Positions 11,449 to 24,730 of a DNA stretch of 64,000 bases are shown piece after piece. Origin of the DNA: Podarcis cretensis (lineage: Eukaryota). The stretch spans positions 47,926,001-47,990,000 of the forward strand of contig OX638153.1 of assembly GCA_951804945.1 (NCBI GenBank), in the 5' to 3' direction. A program made the translations under genes and the position numbers. The notes under the pieces were generated by a model that saw only the letters and a list, made by a program, of their open reading frames with translations, did not search any database and was not told where the DNA came from. Position 1 is the stretch's first letter, and every line of letters begins with the position of its first letter.

Positions 11449-14400
11449 ATGAGATGATGTATCACATGCTGCAAATTTCCCCCCACTCCTGCTCCACATC
11501 TCCGGCTACTGCTTGTGGGGAAAATACATGCCACATTCTGTTTCTAATCATTACTAAGAAAGAAGAGAAGATGTGAGACTGCTGCTGCTGTTGTTTTTAA
11601 AAAAATATATTATTAAAATGCAAAATTAAGCACAGAACAAAATCATTGCAGAAAACAAGTATGAAATGTTGACGCAGGGGCCATACATTCCAGACTGTTG
11701 AAATAAGAGAGATTATAATAAGTTATAAAAATAAAAACACCATTGACATGGATATTCCTTATTTTCCAGAGGAATGAGCTGCATTTCCAGCAAACCTTAT
11801 TTTATGAAGCTCTGCACGTATTCCTGCTTTCTTGTATTATCCACAGACATTTATAGGCCAGGGGTGGGGAGCAGGAGATTGGTGGTGTTCTGCATAATTA
11901 ATGTAAACAATAAAGTCATAGCAGATAGAAAGAAATTTGCCTTTACTTTTTTGACCTCTAGAGTTTCTCCGTTTATTTGTCAATTTTTCTAGCAGGCCTG
12001 ATTCCCATGTCTTCGTGTACCAGCAAGAAGTGTGTGTTCTGGTTAGGTCCCTCCAAAAAATCAGGCTATAAGTGGCTCTGGCCACATTTAGTATACAGAT
12101 AATCAACTCCTTACAGCATAAACCTTTATTATCTTCTTCAAAGATGTTTAGAAGAGCCAGTTGTTGCATGGGTGTTATGGGTGTTAGCATGGGTGTTATG
12201 TTACAAATTGTAATTGTGTTAATCTCTTGAAACACAGAAAACCAGGACTTATTTAATACCATATATTTTACACATATTTTCTGTAAAAGATGCATATAGA
12301 ATATGTACTGTATTTTGCTGGTGAGTGCACTGCAAAGTGTGAATTTTACACTGTGTGAATTAAACATCTGTCCTTTTTGTAAAAAGTGTGCATAAATGCA
12401 ACAGAAAGGCCTGGAATGGTATGAAAGAGATCTGTTATTGAATGTTACCCAAATAGGACAGAAGCGGCTCCTCAGTACTTCCCTGTCTCAGAAAAAGGGG
12501 AGAAGAATTATGCCATCCCTTTTTCTTTCACACCAAATCATCACTTGAGAAACATCCCATCTAAAGTAGTTTTCTTGCACTTGCCAGATGTTCCCAGTGA
12601 TATAAAACTAGGTCAGCTCTCTGTTAATAATGTGTCTCTTCAGTGAAAGAATGTCATTATTACCTTTGTGTTTCTTGAGAATTTTAAAAACAAAGTTCCA
12701 TCACTGCTTTCCCTGAAATATAGGGCCCACCATACTGAAACATTTGAGGGCCTCTCCAGACTGGTGATTTATTGTGAATGTATTCTGCAATGTGATACTG
12801 GTGCAATAATGATCTATCATGCTAGTGATGGATTTATTCTGAACATCTACACATCAATTAATTGTTCTGTTATGCTTCCACAGGGTCGCTGCATCATTGC
12901 TGCCTAAAACGGCACTCTTATGCTATAATGCAATAAAAGTGATACAAAACAACAACAACAGCAACAGAACATTTGTAGTAGGAAAAGTTACAGGATTTTT
13001 TGCAGGAAGCTATGAGACATGTCCCAACTGGAAACACAGCAGTAGATCCATTCTTAAACCTTAGCAGGTACAAAAAAGAAAAGAAACTGGAATTGCATAT
13101 AACCACCCTGACAGCATCATGAGCACAAATCATCATCAATAAAGAACAAAAAAATGATTTCTAGAAGGACCTTTAGGGCAATGACTCGTAAGGTTGGATA
13201 ATTACTTCTTCATATGTTCCCTGAGAAAAGGACCACAGGGCTCCTTTAGTGTACTAGTTAAATGATCTCCTTTAATATTTTTCTTCTTTTGTGCTGTTTC
13301 CTGAGCAATTTCCCACAAAATTGCAACTGTGAAGAAGATAAAAAGGCAACATGATTCACAGCTGTGTGTGAGAGTGTTCATGCAAGCATAAATGTATTGT
13401 TAATTTCCTGCAATCTATGGTACACTGAAGGTTCTTTATTAAGCAAGAAAACTGCTTGAGTCCTGGCTTCCAAGGTATAATAAATCAGTCCTGGGTTTCA
13501 AGTTCATCATTCCTCTTAATAGCAAGCTGACGTGATTGAGTGCAATCAGTATGGGAGAAAAACAGAGTCACCAAAGGTGGTGGTTTTCACATACTCTGGG
13601 GACTCCTTAAATATACAAAAAAATATATACTTGCATACTAAGAGGAAAATACATCTACTTTTCTTTTTATAAAAGCCTGACCTATGAGCTTCCAGTCTAT
13701 ACCACACCAATGCTCCAAACTGATCTCATGTTACGTAATTTCAACAATAATCAGCTGCCCCATCCTCAACGGAAGCAAAGGGACACCTGCGTCAGAGATC
13801 AAATAGAATACTTTGCCCATGCCTCTTTCCAGCAGTGCTGGTTAAATGATGTGGATGACCCATATAGCTAAAGACGTGTACAGAACCATGCAGATAGGGT
13901 GAATATATCGGAGCTTGCTCTGGTCCCTCCACTACTGCCTAAAAAGGTTTCTCTGAGCCTTTGCAAGGTGAACGTCACAGATAAGTTTCTTGCATCACTG
14001 TGAAAAGAGAAACTACGTATATCTGCTTGGTTTCTTTGCATCACCGGCTATTAAAAGCAGGCCTTTGGGGCATGGGGAGTTCTGGAGATGCACCTGCTGA
14101 TATGAGCTATCACACAATGCAATTTTGCAACACAGCAAAATTTGTCTCCATGACAGCTTTCTGCCACACCAAATTTGCAGTCATAAGATAATGAGGTCAA
14201 CGTAGATTACATTTTACCCAGACTCTCCTGAATCTACTATTCTAACTATCTGCACTGGAGTTAATTCTGTCCTTGTGGCAGGAGTGGAAAGGCACAATAT
14301 GGGGTCTAAAATCTGGCTTGATATAAGTCCCACTTTTAGGATCAGGTTGTTAATCTTTTTAGCCTATTCCGTAAGTGTTCAGTAAATCTGATTGCCCTTC

Positions 14401-14509
14401 ACTTGGCTTTTTCCAACAGAGACCCGTCCTTGCATTTATGTAAGCAAAATTGTACAATAATGCAAAATTCTGATGCAAAATAGCTTATCAGATTTGGTGA
14501 CATAACGAA

Positions 14510-14641
14510 GTCAATTGGCAACAATTCTCCAGGATTTCAGACAGAAGTCTTTTCAAGCCATGCCTGGAGATGCTGAAGATTGAACCTGGTATCTTCTGCA
14601 TGCAAAGCATGAGCTCTGCCCCCAAGCAATAGCCCTTCCCT
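14510..14641 (-). mobile_element. tRNA-Ala-derived SINE (Squam2-like), partial
   Basis: Minus strand GGAAGGGC...GCTTTGCATGCAGAAGATACCAGGTTCAATC...CTGAAATCCTGGAGA. Confidence 0.7.
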
Positions 14642-14731
14642 AAGCAGAGCATTAGGGTATAAAAAAAGCATTGTGGGAACACTGGAAGAATAATAGCTGG
14701 GGTGTATTCCAAAATTAACACTCCCTGCCCA

Positions 14732-14869
14732 ATAGAATCATAGAATTGGAAGGTGCACAATGATCATTTAGTCCAATTCCCTGCAATGCAGGAATCTTTC
14801 ACCCAACATGGGGCTTGAACCTACAAACCTGAGGTTAAGAGTCTCATGCTCTACCAACTGAGCTATCCC
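14732..14869 (-). mobile_element. tRNA-Lys(CTT)-headed SINE with a CR1 LINE 3' tail
   Basis: Minus strand GGGATAGCTCAGTTGGTAGAGCATGAGACTCTTAACCTCAGG..GGTTCAAGCCCCATGTTGGG closely follows vertebrate tRNA-Lys-CTT; then AGATTCCTGCATTGCAGGG..CCTTCCAATTCTATGATTCTAT (CR1 end). Confidence 0.85.
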
Positions 14870-14985
14870 TCAGGGGTTGCTAGGCTTCAAGCATCTATCT
14901 ATGTAAGTTTTCCACATGCAGAAGTGACTTCCTGCAACATCAAGAAAAGAAGTCAATAAATCTAATACATGAACAAGATCTTAAG

Positions 14986-14986
<1 letters not shown>

Positions 14987-15027
<41 letters not shown>
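14987..15027. repeat. (TAT)n microsatellite
   Basis: Direct reading. Confidence 0.95.
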
Positions 15028-15028
<1 letters not shown>

Positions 15029-16397
15029 AATCTCTAGGCCGATTTTTACAACTACCCAAACATGATTTCATAGAGAAAGCACCTTGTGCCATAATTAATA
15101 TCAACACAGAATAATACTGTACTACAGAGAGTTATTTTGGATCAAAGCCTAAGTATTTCATGAATATATGAAGGGAATCAGTGTGATGGAGGAGCTCAGC
15201 AAGGATATCATTTAATGCAGATGGTATCAATTAAATTAAAATCACAATGGGGGGAATTCCTATGTTCTAATTTCTAATTAATTCTCTGCCCCACATAATA
15301 AATATTAAGGGTACCCAGAACTATCAGATAAATTAAGGATGATTAGAAGGTATTTTTGAGATGAATAGCTCCATAGCTGTCAGAGCATAGTCTTCCTGAA
15401 GAAAAGAGAACAATAGATGTTTGATTATAATAAAGTCCAAAAATAGGCCAGGATTTCCCAAGATTTGAGTATATATGCCCCTCACCCACTAAAGAAATGT
15501 GTTAGGTCCTAATTTAATCTAAAGAGAATTTCTAACCAAGCTTCCGTTTATGGTTGAGAGGGGGTAGGAAAACTTTATGTGATCATCAAAGTTAACCTCA
15601 CCTTAGGGTGGAACAATACTATACTTCAGATTTTCAGTGGCTATAAAGTATTCTTTTTGAAATGGACTTGATTGGCACCCTAGAGGATCCCCAGATAAGT
15701 CATAAAGCTTCACTGTTCTTCCATCTGCCTGGTTTTTCTGTTTATTCCAAAATGCAGTTTTATATCTGTCTTCCCAGACCTTAATAGGATGAAGGAGATG
15801 ATGCCAGTAAAACCTTTGCATGGAGCTTTTCCCACCATGAAAGGAGTGTGGTAAGAAATATTTAGTATTCTGACATAATTTTTGTCATTTCTCTGTGCTT
15901 ATTTTTCCTGTTTATTAATGTTGCCCAGGTTGAATCTCTTGAATTTTTTTAAGTTATGGGTGTTATTATCCTGGATCTTGCCCAGATCACAAGCACATTG
16001 GCTTTTACTTGAGAGTAAGGAAGAGATCGATCTTCAGACAGAAAAGAGATATGAGCTCAGGAACAGGTCACAGCAGCCACTATACTCAGGCTAGATGATT
16101 AATGAAGCATAGGAACAGGTCATAAAAGCTTTTAAATATGGTTCAGCTATTTGAGGCAGCTGACCCACTTTCAACCCCCATGCAATGAAACAGACCACAA
16201 TCTGAAGTAAGTTTAAAAATGATTTACTTACTTAAATCCGATGTCACAATCATGCACTACCTTCATGCAACAATAAGAATATGCAGGTAAATGTTCTTGG
16301 GTAGAAATATATAGCAAAGGCAGCCTCAGACACATATCTGAGGCAGAGAGATAAGTTGAGGCATGTCTGTCTCTGTTGCTTGAGTGTGAAAGGGCAG

Positions 16398-16400
<3 letters not shown>

Positions 16401-16448
<48 letters not shown>
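16401..16448. repeat. (GA)24 microsatellite
   Basis: Direct reading. Confidence 0.95.
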
Positions 16449-16450
<2 letters not shown>

Positions 16451-16784
16451 AGGAACAGAAAACATCACCCGGCATACTGTAGCAATCATAGAATCATAAC
16501 ATCAGCTGTTCCTAAAAGCTTGGGGAAACATAAAGTGAGAGCTGATTAAGTGAGAGCAGGTTAATCTTTTTGTCTGTTTGAATGGGCTGTTTCTGTACAG
16601 TATTTTAATTTGCTCCATTATTTCATATGGTTATATGGTTAATAATAATAATTATCCTTCTCTTCCCAGCAGAGGTACATCTGGCAAGATCATTTTTCAG
16701 CAAATGCTCCTCTTTAACCTGGACTTTGACATCTGAGATGTATATGATTAGGATCCATAAGATTTTTGTGACTGCATTGTGCAT

Positions 16785-16870
16785 AACTGTAGATTTTTAA
16801 ACTGCTTTTAATGTTGCATTTTAAGTTGTGGGACCATAGGGTGAAGGGCGGGCAATCAATAATAATAATA
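16785..16870 (+). mobile_element. L2-type LINE 3' end remnant
   Basis: GGGACCATAGGGTGAAGGGCGGGCAAT followed by an (AAT)n tail. Confidence 0.5.
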
Positions 16871-17000
16871 GGGGCTACAATGCATGCATGAAGCTCTTTT
16901 TTAAAAGTAAAATTCTGCTATACAGAAGGGGATGGGAGGCTGGATTCTCAATGATGAGGGTAGACCCATGTATGCCATCTTGAGTTAAAGGTGAGCTATA

Positions 17001-17030
17001 AAGAAGAAGAAGAAGAAGAAGAAGAAGAAG

Positions 17031-17060
<30 letters not shown>
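17001..17060. repeat. (AAG)20 microsatellite
   Basis: Direct reading; gives the poly-Leu in ORF 16875-17117. Confidence 0.95.
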
Positions 17061-17061
<1 letters not shown>

Positions 17062-18019
17062 TTGTGAATATCAGCAAAGATGGTCAAGAGTTGCCTGTCA
17101 ATGAACACAATGGACAATTGTCTACTTAGTCATAATCAGAGTAGACCTATTAAAATATATGAACTCAGAGTAGACCCATTTACCTCAACTTGATGATTGA
17201 TTTCCATGTTGGTATGACTAACATTGACTATCACTGAATAAATCAGTAATAAGGAGGCTGATAATTTTCTGTGGTTCAAACATTTCTAGTCAAAATTGAC
17301 TAGCCTCATAACCTTCATGGGTTTCAGCTATGAGAAACCTTGGTGTAGACTCTAATGTTTTATGGCCTCTTTGGAGGAAAAGAGAAACCACACTCACACC
17401 ACTATGTGTTTCTAATGGACTCTTCACAGTATACCTCTTGACCTGGAGGGGCAGAAGAGAAGAGTTAATTACTCCCTTTAAAATGTGCTAATAGCTTACA
17501 CTTTTTATCTTGGAAGGCTGCCTGCATCTGAAGTGAGCTACATACCTTCACTTTTCAGCAATGCACTGAATCCACAATACTAACTTGTTTTGATGTCATT
17601 ATTATTACTATTATATTGAGGAATTGCTAGGGATAAGAAAAGCTTGCTTTGCTTTGTACGATAACACATCACAGCATTTCCTGTCAAAACTTAAAGAGGA
17701 TTTTCTTGCCTTCCATACACTGGCAAGAACTACAAAATGCACATCCGGCAGTTTCGGAAGCTATAAGCACACCACTCTAGAAATATTCCTCACTCACGGT
17801 TTCCTAGCAATGTTCTTTGTGCTTTTGAGTGGTATTGTTCTAATTGTTTTCGAATGGCACATAAGGTTTGGATCCTAAGTAAATTTGAGGCAGGGGTCAC
17901 CACTGTGGCACCCACAGGCACACATGTGCCTACAAAGGTCTTCCCTGGGGCCCACCAGACTCTCCCCCCCCTTTCTAAAACAGGCTTTAAAGAAGCTTCC
18001 AGTACATTTCCGAGCACAA

Positions 18020-18187
18020 CTTGATGTCAACGAAATAAACACTATCTGACTTTTAGAAGACATCTGAAGGCAGCCCTGTTTAGGGAAGTTTATAATGTTT
18101 ATTTTTTATCGTGTTTTTAATATTTTGTTGGAAGCCGCCCAGAGTGGCTGGGGAAACCCAGTCAGATGGGCGGGGTATAAATAAGAA

Positions 18188-18238
<51 letters not shown>
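18020..18238 (+). mobile_element. L2-type LINE 3' end (ORF2 C-terminus, 3'UTR, (ATT)n tail)
   Basis: Translates ..YLTFRRHLKAALFREV; GCCGCCCAGAGTGGCTGGGG..GATGGGCGGGGTATAAAT; (TAT)n tail. Confidence 0.75.
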
Positions 18239-18239
<1 letters not shown>

Positions 18240-20324
18240 TTGCAAGCAACAGGATACGCTGAGGCATATGCTATGCATATGTGGTGCCACAGCAGTTTCT
18301 TTCATTTGCAAATGTTCCGCCCAAAATTAGTGACCCCAAGTAAGGAAATTCATGGAAAGAAAGCTTCCTGTCCCCTTCTCCCTTGTGCAGCCTGTGTCCC
18401 CTTTGCAGCTCCCCACAATAATCCAGAGCCCCCCCCCCCAATCCTGTATGGTAAGGTTTTCAGCGTACAAAGGGCTGCAGGGAAATGAGGAATTGGTGAA
18501 AGTCTCTTCTGCCTCTTCCGCCACTGGGAGCACTCATGAAGGGGTGCTCCCTCTAATGGAAATGAACTCAATATGTATGTTAGCTGTATAAAATATTGCT
18601 GCAAGACTGTACTTCTCTCACACACATTTGCATTGTAAAGTGTGAGGCTGCTATAAACAACAGCTCAGACATCCCATATAGGCAGGACTTTCAAAGAATG
18701 AATCATTCACCTTTCTGCAAGTTACACAAACACAGCACATCCAAATCAGCTCTTGCAAGAGAATAATGAACACCTTCGTAGCATTTTTTCATCAGCAGTT
18801 TTTCAAGCCCATCACAAGCTTTATGTCATTAAATCTCCCAATATGTTTCCTGTGATACACCATTCATGCCATTATAAATGTGGTTAATATTAAAAAAAAG
18901 TTGAACTTGTTTACATGAATGATGGAGATAATAATGAATCCCCCAAGAGACAACCTATTGTTTCTTTGTGGCACTGTCATGGCACATAAATAGCAGATCT
19001 TGATTAAGATTCATGATTAAGTCTCCAGCAGGGTTGTAAACTTTGCAGTGCTGTCAAGAAAAAAGATTGACTTTGAAGAAGGTTTGATCAGAATTCGGTT
19101 CATCAGGACCCAAAGAAAATTCAGGAAAGACAAGCCATTCAATGCTTCTTCATAGGGGAGCAGGGTTGTGGCAAATTCGTCCAAGTCAAGAGTAGGAATG
19201 GCAGTGCCAAAATCTCTTCTCCAATTTCCTGGATGCTTTATTCCATTTTTCAGTCCATTATTTTTAGGGTGCTTGTAATTTCCTCCTTTGAGAAGGGCAG
19301 AAGAACCTCAGAGATGTTACTGTGAAAGTTGCATGCACAACCACACAACAACATGGAGACAGTTCCTCTCCCGCCTCAGAGCACCAAATTGGACAACATA
19401 CTTTCCAAATGTAGGAACTTCACAAAGCTCTAATAGCGGCAGACAGGACATTCTTCATGCTTTCAGGTCTTGTTAAGAACTCAGCTCAGCAGAAACGTTC
19501 AACACAGTCAATCTGCATAGCTATCTCTTTGCCAATTGGAACCGTACATCTGGAAACAATTTAAGAAAAGGAAAGCGACCCATTAATCTTGGGCCTCAGG
19601 ATTATTCTGCTGTAAGAAAAACATGGAAGCTAATCAGTTCTTGCTAGGAAAACATGTCTGCTTGGAATGGATAAAGCCAAGCCTGCAGTTCAATGAAATT
19701 CAAGCTCACAATTCTATTCCTCTCTTTTCTCATTCTGCCACATATTTTTTTTTAAAAAAGAGCTACAGTAAAAGCTAGTGCAGATTGTCCAACAGAGGCA
19801 GTCAGTCCACGATAATAAATGAGATGCTACCTTCTTCACTACCTATAGCTTCCCACCTGAAGCTGTGGCTAAAGGAGATATGTGGATTTTTATCCATGAA
19901 TCTAAATAAGTAGCAAATTAGAGCTAGGCTAAAGTCTCTCAGAATACTTCTTTGCTGAGGTTTTTCTATTTCTCATCTCCTGCCCCACCAAGAAGATCAC
20001 ATCACAGAATTTTCTCTGACTATTGTCCACCTTTGTCATGTGTGTGTTTTTTAATCACCATTCCTCCAACCTCCACAATGTCTCTGAGTGATGCTGGGTC
20101 AGCAAAATTGTGGAGGCTACAAAATGGTGACCAGATCAGTATATATTTCTAAAAACACAACAAATGGGGAGCGTTGGAGAAAGAAATTGTGCTACTGCCA
20201 TTGCTAATGGGCTCCACCTCTGAAAAGCTGTAGGATAATTTCACCTTCCCTGGTAGAAGAGCAATTTAGCACATTTGCAAAGCTAGACAGAATCTGACAT
20301 GGTTTCAGATTGGATGGGGGACCG

Positions 20325-20400
20325 TGTGTTGAGATTCCTTTATTTCAGGGGGTTGGACCAGATGACCCTCTTGGTCCCTTCCAACTCTATGATTCTATGA
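20325..20400 (+). mobile_element. CR1 LINE 3' end
   Basis: GGGGTTGGACCAGATGACCCT..GTCCCTTCCAACTCTATGATTCTATGA. Confidence 0.8.
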
Positions 20401-21945
20401 AAAAATGGGGATCCCTCAAATGTAACTGTTGTAGTAGCTAATCAGGTTCAGTTAGGCTCATTCTGAGAATGAAATGAAACCATTATATGAGTTGTAGGGT
20501 TTTCTCTAGATGGTAAGCTTACATATTTCCAACAGCACCTGGTAGACTTGGAGGCTGAGAAGAGTCCCAGGAAAAATCTATCATTTTTGCCACCAGTGCT
20601 CCCTTGAGGCCATTTTTATCACTATTATGCCTGCCATTGTCCTGTTTACTCATGAGGAATGACAGTGTAGACAGATCTGCATGTATTGAATCATTCTGTA
20701 GCTCAAGATAGCACTGAATCTTTTTTTAAAATACTATCATCCCTCATTCCACAATTGGAGGTATTTGGGTACACCAGTGCAACGTGGTTGCATTTGGACT
20801 TTACTGCTATCCCCACTGACCTGTTGCCCATATGGCTCGTGAATATGAGCCATTATCTTTTGGTGCATATGGACAGGCTTATCATGGTCTGCAGGAAGTT
20901 ACGATGAGAAGGGTTTTGGCTGATCAGCGCAAAAAAAAGGCACACAGTTATAATGCTTTAGTAACACCATTATGTTCTTGCTGTCGAGATAAGTTCCTTC
21001 AGTGGAACCTGGTTGTGCTTTTTTGTTCATTTGTTTCTTTGTCATTTGTTTTGTATTATATGTTCAGAGCACAATAAGCATTTTTATTGTGCAGCAGCAA
21101 TGAAGCTTTCTTGCAAAACAGGGGGGGGGGACCACCAGCATTCTTGTTTATCAGCTTTATGGCACTTTTACGGTTCTGTCAAGCATCATAAAATTGAACT
21201 CACAGCAGCTCATCCCAGGGTTTCCCAGGGCACATTTTGTCATATGCAATAGCCTTAAATGGAAGGCAAGTTGCTGATTGAGGAAATCGTCGGCGTAGGA
21301 GATAGCAAAATACAACACTATTTTGGGATAAACTTGAAAAAAATTGAATTGTCCTTGAAAAGGACTTTTAACCCTTAATGGTAGTTAGGCAGCAGATTTC
21401 CTCCTTCCCCTATATTTCCTTTTCTGTTTTGTAGCGTCTGTTGAGAGCTTCTCACTTTTGCTAGAAATTGATGTTGCACTCATCTGGTCCCTCAATTATG
21501 GGGGGAAAGGCAAGTGCTTAAGGGGATCGAGAAATATCATCCGCCTGAAAGGGAGCATTCCTCCTTCTTTCTGCGGTCTAGCACATTCCCTGCACTGTTG
21601 AACAGACAGGGTAGAGTAGGAGGTATTTGGATCTTCAGGTGAATTAGGTTTAGAGAAAAGTATCTGTGAAGAGTTAAGCTCAGGTCCTGCAAGCTGCTGA
21701 TCACTAGCCTTAGGTTCAGTACGGAACTCAGTATAGCTCCTCAGTTCATGGGTACAGTAGTTGTGAACTTGGTTGATTCATTCTCGTCTGACTCTGAGAG
21801 CCATATAGTGCATACTTGTGCTTTCAGGTAGGTGAGTCATGAGTTCTAGCTCAGTCACCTATGCCATAATTCAACAAATGAGGCTCAGAACTGAGAGATA
21901 AAATCACCAGTGAAAAATGCTACACTGAAATGCCCAATGGCAATA

Positions 21946-22187
21946 CAGTGGTACCTCGGGTTAAGTACTTAATTCGTTCCGGAGGTCCATACTTAACCTG
22001 AAACTGTTCTTAACCTGAAGCACCACTTTAGCTAATGGGGCCTCTTGCTGCTGCCGCACCGCCGGAGCACGATTTCTGTTCTCATCCTGAAGCAAAGTTC
22101 TTAACCTGAAGCACTATTTCTGGGTTAGCGGAGTATGTAACCTGAAGCGTATGTAACCTGAAACGTATGTAACCCGAGGTACCACTG
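21946..22187 (-). mobile_element. Tc1/mariner MITE, copy 3, 242 bp
   Basis: Perfect TIR CAGTGGTACCTCGGGTTA, TA TSD, inverted relative to copies 1-2. Confidence 0.92.
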
Positions 22188-24554
22188 TACAAGGAAGCAT
22201 CAAAAGAATGCCAAGGTGCATAAAACTGCAGTCATTTGAAGGGAACCGTGTGCCTGCGTAGGTCATGTGAATTTGCAGCATTCCCTTCATGAAAAGAGGA
22301 CCCCACCAACTGAATAGAAGCTTGGTCACAACCATCATTTCATGATAGTACAGGATAGTACCGGCTGCCCTAACATCACCTAGCTGTCAGTATTCCAGAG
22401 CACCATGACTGATGTTAGCAATTAAAGAACAAAATGGAAAGAGGCTTTAAACTACTGGAGTTCAAATCTTAAAGACGGCATATGGTATTGGGCTCTGTGC
22501 TACTGAAGCTGGAATTGGACTTATAAAAAAAGGAGTAGAGAGCAAAGAGAAAGAGAGAGAAATGGTTTTTAAAATGGTCACAGCACTGCGGGTCAGAGGA
22601 TTTCTTTTCATCCTTAACCGTGGGAGCATTTGCGAAACAATCCCTACTATCTGGTATAGCATGCTAGGGAAATGATCTATGCAGTTGCAGGGAGATTAGA
22701 CAAATTCATGGAGGATCAATGAATTTCAGTGGCTACGGATCATCTGTCTATCTGCTACCTACATTGTTAAGTGTTGGATTTTCATAGGTGTTCCAGGGTT
22801 TCTCATCCACACCAGTAGGTTGTACTTGTTGGAATGTTTCTGTGTTGTGTTTCTTGGCAATTGCTACTCCCCTATCGTTCACTACTTTTTTCTTGTTTTG
22901 GGCTTGCATACAAGTGTTTTCACAGGAAGTGTGCAGATGTTACAAGGCCCTAGTTGTCAATATTTACCCTAGGGTGGGAGCCTAAGGATACTTCAGAGTA
23001 ACTCCCATTGAAACCCAAGAGATGTATCTGTGAGTAAATAGGGATAGAATCAAGTTGATACCTGCCTGTTTGGGAGGGCTAGTCCTATAGGGAGCATAAA
23101 AGGATACAAGGCAGATAGTTACCCTTTCTTACAGTGCAGCCTCCAAGACTGAATTCCTGGCTCATGCAATCCTACCTTGTAATGCTCACCTCTCCAAAAA
23201 AAAGCCAGTAGCATTAAATGAAAAGTTGTATCTCTGCTATGGAATTCCAAGTGATGTATTAAAAATAACTATGGGAACCAGATTGCACTGCACAATTATG
23301 TCAGATACATATATATGTGTGTGTATGTGTATATATATACACACACACACACAAAAACCTAAATTTCCTTTAAAAAAACCCTTCTACTCAATAAAAAACA
23401 AGCAGAAAATACATATTCAAGAGCTCAAAGTTATCCATAATGGATGGCAAGCATGAGACCATATTATCTCTCATGGCACAAGACAGATTGCTGGAAAGAG
23501 GAAGATACAGCGAAATGTGAAAGGTGCAGATACTAGTAAAGTAACTTGGAAAGTCTGTGAAGTTTGTTTGATAACAAAATGACTGCAAGGATTCTTTAAG
23601 ACAAGCAGCAAATGAAGACCCAACAGTCGCTGCAAATTAAAACAAATAAAAGCACACTGATGTAGGATAACATTTATTGAAATGTGACAGTAAATCAGTG
23701 TTATCCTGCAGAAGCCTTATTTCCACAGTTAGAGATCACAGCTGGGATTCAAAATAAAAGTCATACTTTAGGGAGGAAACCTCTCTGTAACTCCGGGGAT
23801 ATTGGAAAATACTGTCTTTCACGTAAGTGAAATCAGAATTTAAGGAGCCCTGGAATCTGCTAAACTCCAGCAACGTACGCATAAAGAGTGTCTCTGGGCA
23901 AATGGAGAATGTCTTTCCCTTAGCCCTAAGTCCTCACACATGGGGAAATAGCATCCAGATTAGAAGTTGCAACTGCCTGCAAAATATGCTTGAACTTCGT
24001 TTCTCACACTAGAAACGAAATCTTGATTAGTGACTGCTTCTTGCACCTTCCCCCAATGCATCCAGAAAGCAACTTCAATGAAACCAATCAGCTTATTTAA
24101 AATGGGAGGATTGGCATTCTATTCCACTTAAGCATCCGCAATCAGCAACCATTTTTGGAGCACCGTATTTTGCACTGGTGGAGAGAGCTGGGAACTGCCA
24201 CCTTGCTTCATTTAGTCCAGCTAAAACACTGAAGGAGAGGATGATGAGAAAAATCAAATTCCTCCCTCGCGATACTCCATGCTTTCCTTGAGAGGTCCAT
24301 TTCAAAGTTGAGACAAGTGATTCTATACCATGTTTTCTTCTAAATTGCACAGCATGTTATAGTGGAGTCAATGGTATGGCTATGGCTCTTAAGGGACACT
24401 TGCTGCTGTTACAAGATGCCTTAATAGTTGCTAGGCAACTGTTGCATTGGGTTCACTATGGCCAAGGAGAGCTACTGTTTTCACTGTTTACTGTGGGTCC
24501 AAAAATGCCAGGTTTGCATAAGAGCAATTGAGCATATGCCGTAAGTCCATTGAA

Positions 24555-24730
24555 GGGACAGAGCTGCAGTTCCCAGAATGGCTGAACAATCATTCCTTCT
24601 ACACAATGAAGTTGGGGGGGGCAGCTCAGTGAGGGGGTATCCAAACAATTCTCAAGACACTTAACAAATTCTTTGGGGAAAGCCATGACTGCTTGAAGTA
24701 GTATAATATTGCTTTAACTATGTTCAGCTG
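24555..24730. mobile_element. Degraded palindromic lizard MITE
   Basis: AGAGCTGCAGTTCCCAGA...TTCTTTGGGGAAAGCCATG, related to 6060-6225. Confidence 0.5.

Noticed and set aside
14800-14869. Functional tRNA-Lys gene
   Set aside because: Substitutions in the stems and T arm, and fusion to a CR1 tail, indicate a SINE head.
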